Shown here piece after piece: positions 62,919 through 64,000 of a stretch of DNA of 64,000 nucleotides. The stretch is from an uncultured Desulfatitalea sp. (GTDB taxonomy: Bacteria; Desulfobacterota; Desulfobacteria; Desulfobacterales; Desulfosarcinaceae): assembly GCA_963668675.2 (NCBI GenBank), contig CAXXMB010000001.1:1216001-1280000 (forward strand), given 5' to 3'. Every line of letters starts with the position of its first letter. Positions within the stretch are counted from its first letter, which is position 1. Both the position numbers and the translations under genes were made by a program. The notes under the pieces are model-generated. The model saw only the letters and a program-made list of their open reading frames with translations. It did no database searches and was not told the DNA's origin.

Positions 62919-64000
62919 ATGAACCACCCCCATATCGACCACCATAAGCAACAAAGTGGCTCTCCAGCCCGGGAAACCGGCATTCCTCAATTGCGACTCG
63001 TGGCCTGGGAGACAACGCGCAATTGCAATCTCTCCTGCGTTCACTGCCGCGCTTCGGCCACTTGCGGCCCGTACGAAGGAGAACTGGATACCACAGCGGC
63101 GTTTCAGTTGCTTGATCAAATTGCCAAGGTGGCAAAGCCGATTGTCATTTTGACCGGTGGAGAACCATTGATGCGCGCAGACATTTTCGACATCGCCAAA
63201 TATGGCACTGGATTGGGCCTGCGAATGGTCATGGCGCCAAACGGCACCATGGTCACAGCGGATGTCGCCAAGAGACTTGCCGAAGTTGGCATCCAGCGCA
63301 TCAGCGTCAGCATCGATGGCGCCAACGAAGAGAGCCATGACCGCTTCAGAGGGGTCCAAGGCGCCTATCGAGGTGCCTTGCAGGGGATCGAAAACGCAAA
63401 ATCGGCGGGTATTGCGTTCCAAATCAACACGACGGTGACGAAGACCAACCTTGATCAAATCCCTAAGATTTTGACCCTTGCCGAAGAGCTTGGTGCAGTG
63501 GCTCATCATATATTTCTTCTGGTACCGACGGGTCGCGGGAAGTATATTGTCGACCAGGAAATCAACGCGCGCGAATACGAAGAGACACTGAACTGGTTCT
63601 ATGACCAACGGAACAAGACGCCGCTTCAGCTCAAGGCCACCTGCGCCCCCCATTACCATCGAATTTTACGTCAGCGGGCAAAAGCGGATGGAGAGACGGT
63701 CACATTTGAGAGTCATGGATTGGATGCGGTGACACGCGGATGCCTGGCGGGCACCGGTTTCTGCTTCGTCTCCCATCGCGGTATCGTTCAGCCATGCGGA
63801 TTTCTCGACCTGAATTGCGGAGATGTCACAAAAGAGCCATTCAACGAGATATGGGTCAACTCGGCACAATTCAAAGAGCTGCGCGACACCAATCGTCTTA
63901 AGGGCAAGTGCGGTATATGTGAATATCGCAAGGTTTGTGGTGGTTGTCGTGCCAGAGCCTTCGAAGCGACCGGCGATTTCATGGATGAAGAGCCACTGTG
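62919..64000 (+). CDS. ahbD: Heme b synthase (radical SAM), runs off window end; absent from ORF track
   Basis: Hand translation MNHPHIDHH...LRLVAWETTRNCNLSCVHCRA, TGGEP, LVPTGRG, LKATCAPHY, TRGCLAG. Confidence 0.9.
   Translation, partial: MNHPHIDHHKQQSGSPARETGIPQLRLVAWETTRNCNLSCVHCRASATCGPYEGELDTTAAFQLLDQIAKVAKPIVILTGGEPLMRADIFDIAKYGTGLGLRMVMAPNGTMVTADVAKRLAEVGIQRISVSIDGANEESHDRFRGVQGAYRGALQGIENAKSAGIAFQINTTVTKTNLDQIPKILTLAEELGAVAHHIFLLVPTGRGKYIVDQEINAREYEETLNWFYDQRNKTPLQLKATCAPHYHRILRQRAKADGETVTFESHGLDAVTRGCLAGTGFCFVSHRGIVQPCGFLDLNCGDVTKEPFNEIWVNSAQFKELRDTNRLKGKCGICEYRKVCGGCRARAFEATGDFMDEEPL

Overview
A 64 kb chromosomal window, most likely from a sulfate-reducing deltaproteobacterium of Desulfobacterales type (inferred from ahbC-hemB-ahbD, short EF-Ts, PurS-fused PurL and cimA). 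Both ends are core genome: ilvB-ilvN-ilvC-cimA-leuA on the left; purLQ, rseP-dxr-cdsA-uppS-frr-pyrH-tsf-rpsB, prmC-prfA-rpmE-rho, adk, rpsU, folC, tRNA-Arg(CCG), a ClpX paralog and the alternative heme pathway on the right. The middle (~5.8-40 kb) is accessory and holds the best candidates for undescribed biology: (1) a sigma54 module of a Cys-PAS histidine kinase, an NtrC-type regulator and an archaemetzincin, converging on a GcvH-like protein with two Cys4 repeats and no canonical lipoyl-Lys, preceded by four enhancer-like repeats and a -24/-12 promoter; (2) a DUF6502-like / DUF5666-like / DUF4382-like lipoprotein operon with a palindrome overlapping its promoter; (3) a membrane-anchored bacterial homolog of eukaryotic EHD ATPases; (4) a UV/light repair cluster (YbgA-like, UvsE, class II photolyase) in a presumed anaerobe. 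No CRISPR array, rRNA, transposase or integrase was seen. All family assignments come from motif recognition by eye; no database search was run.
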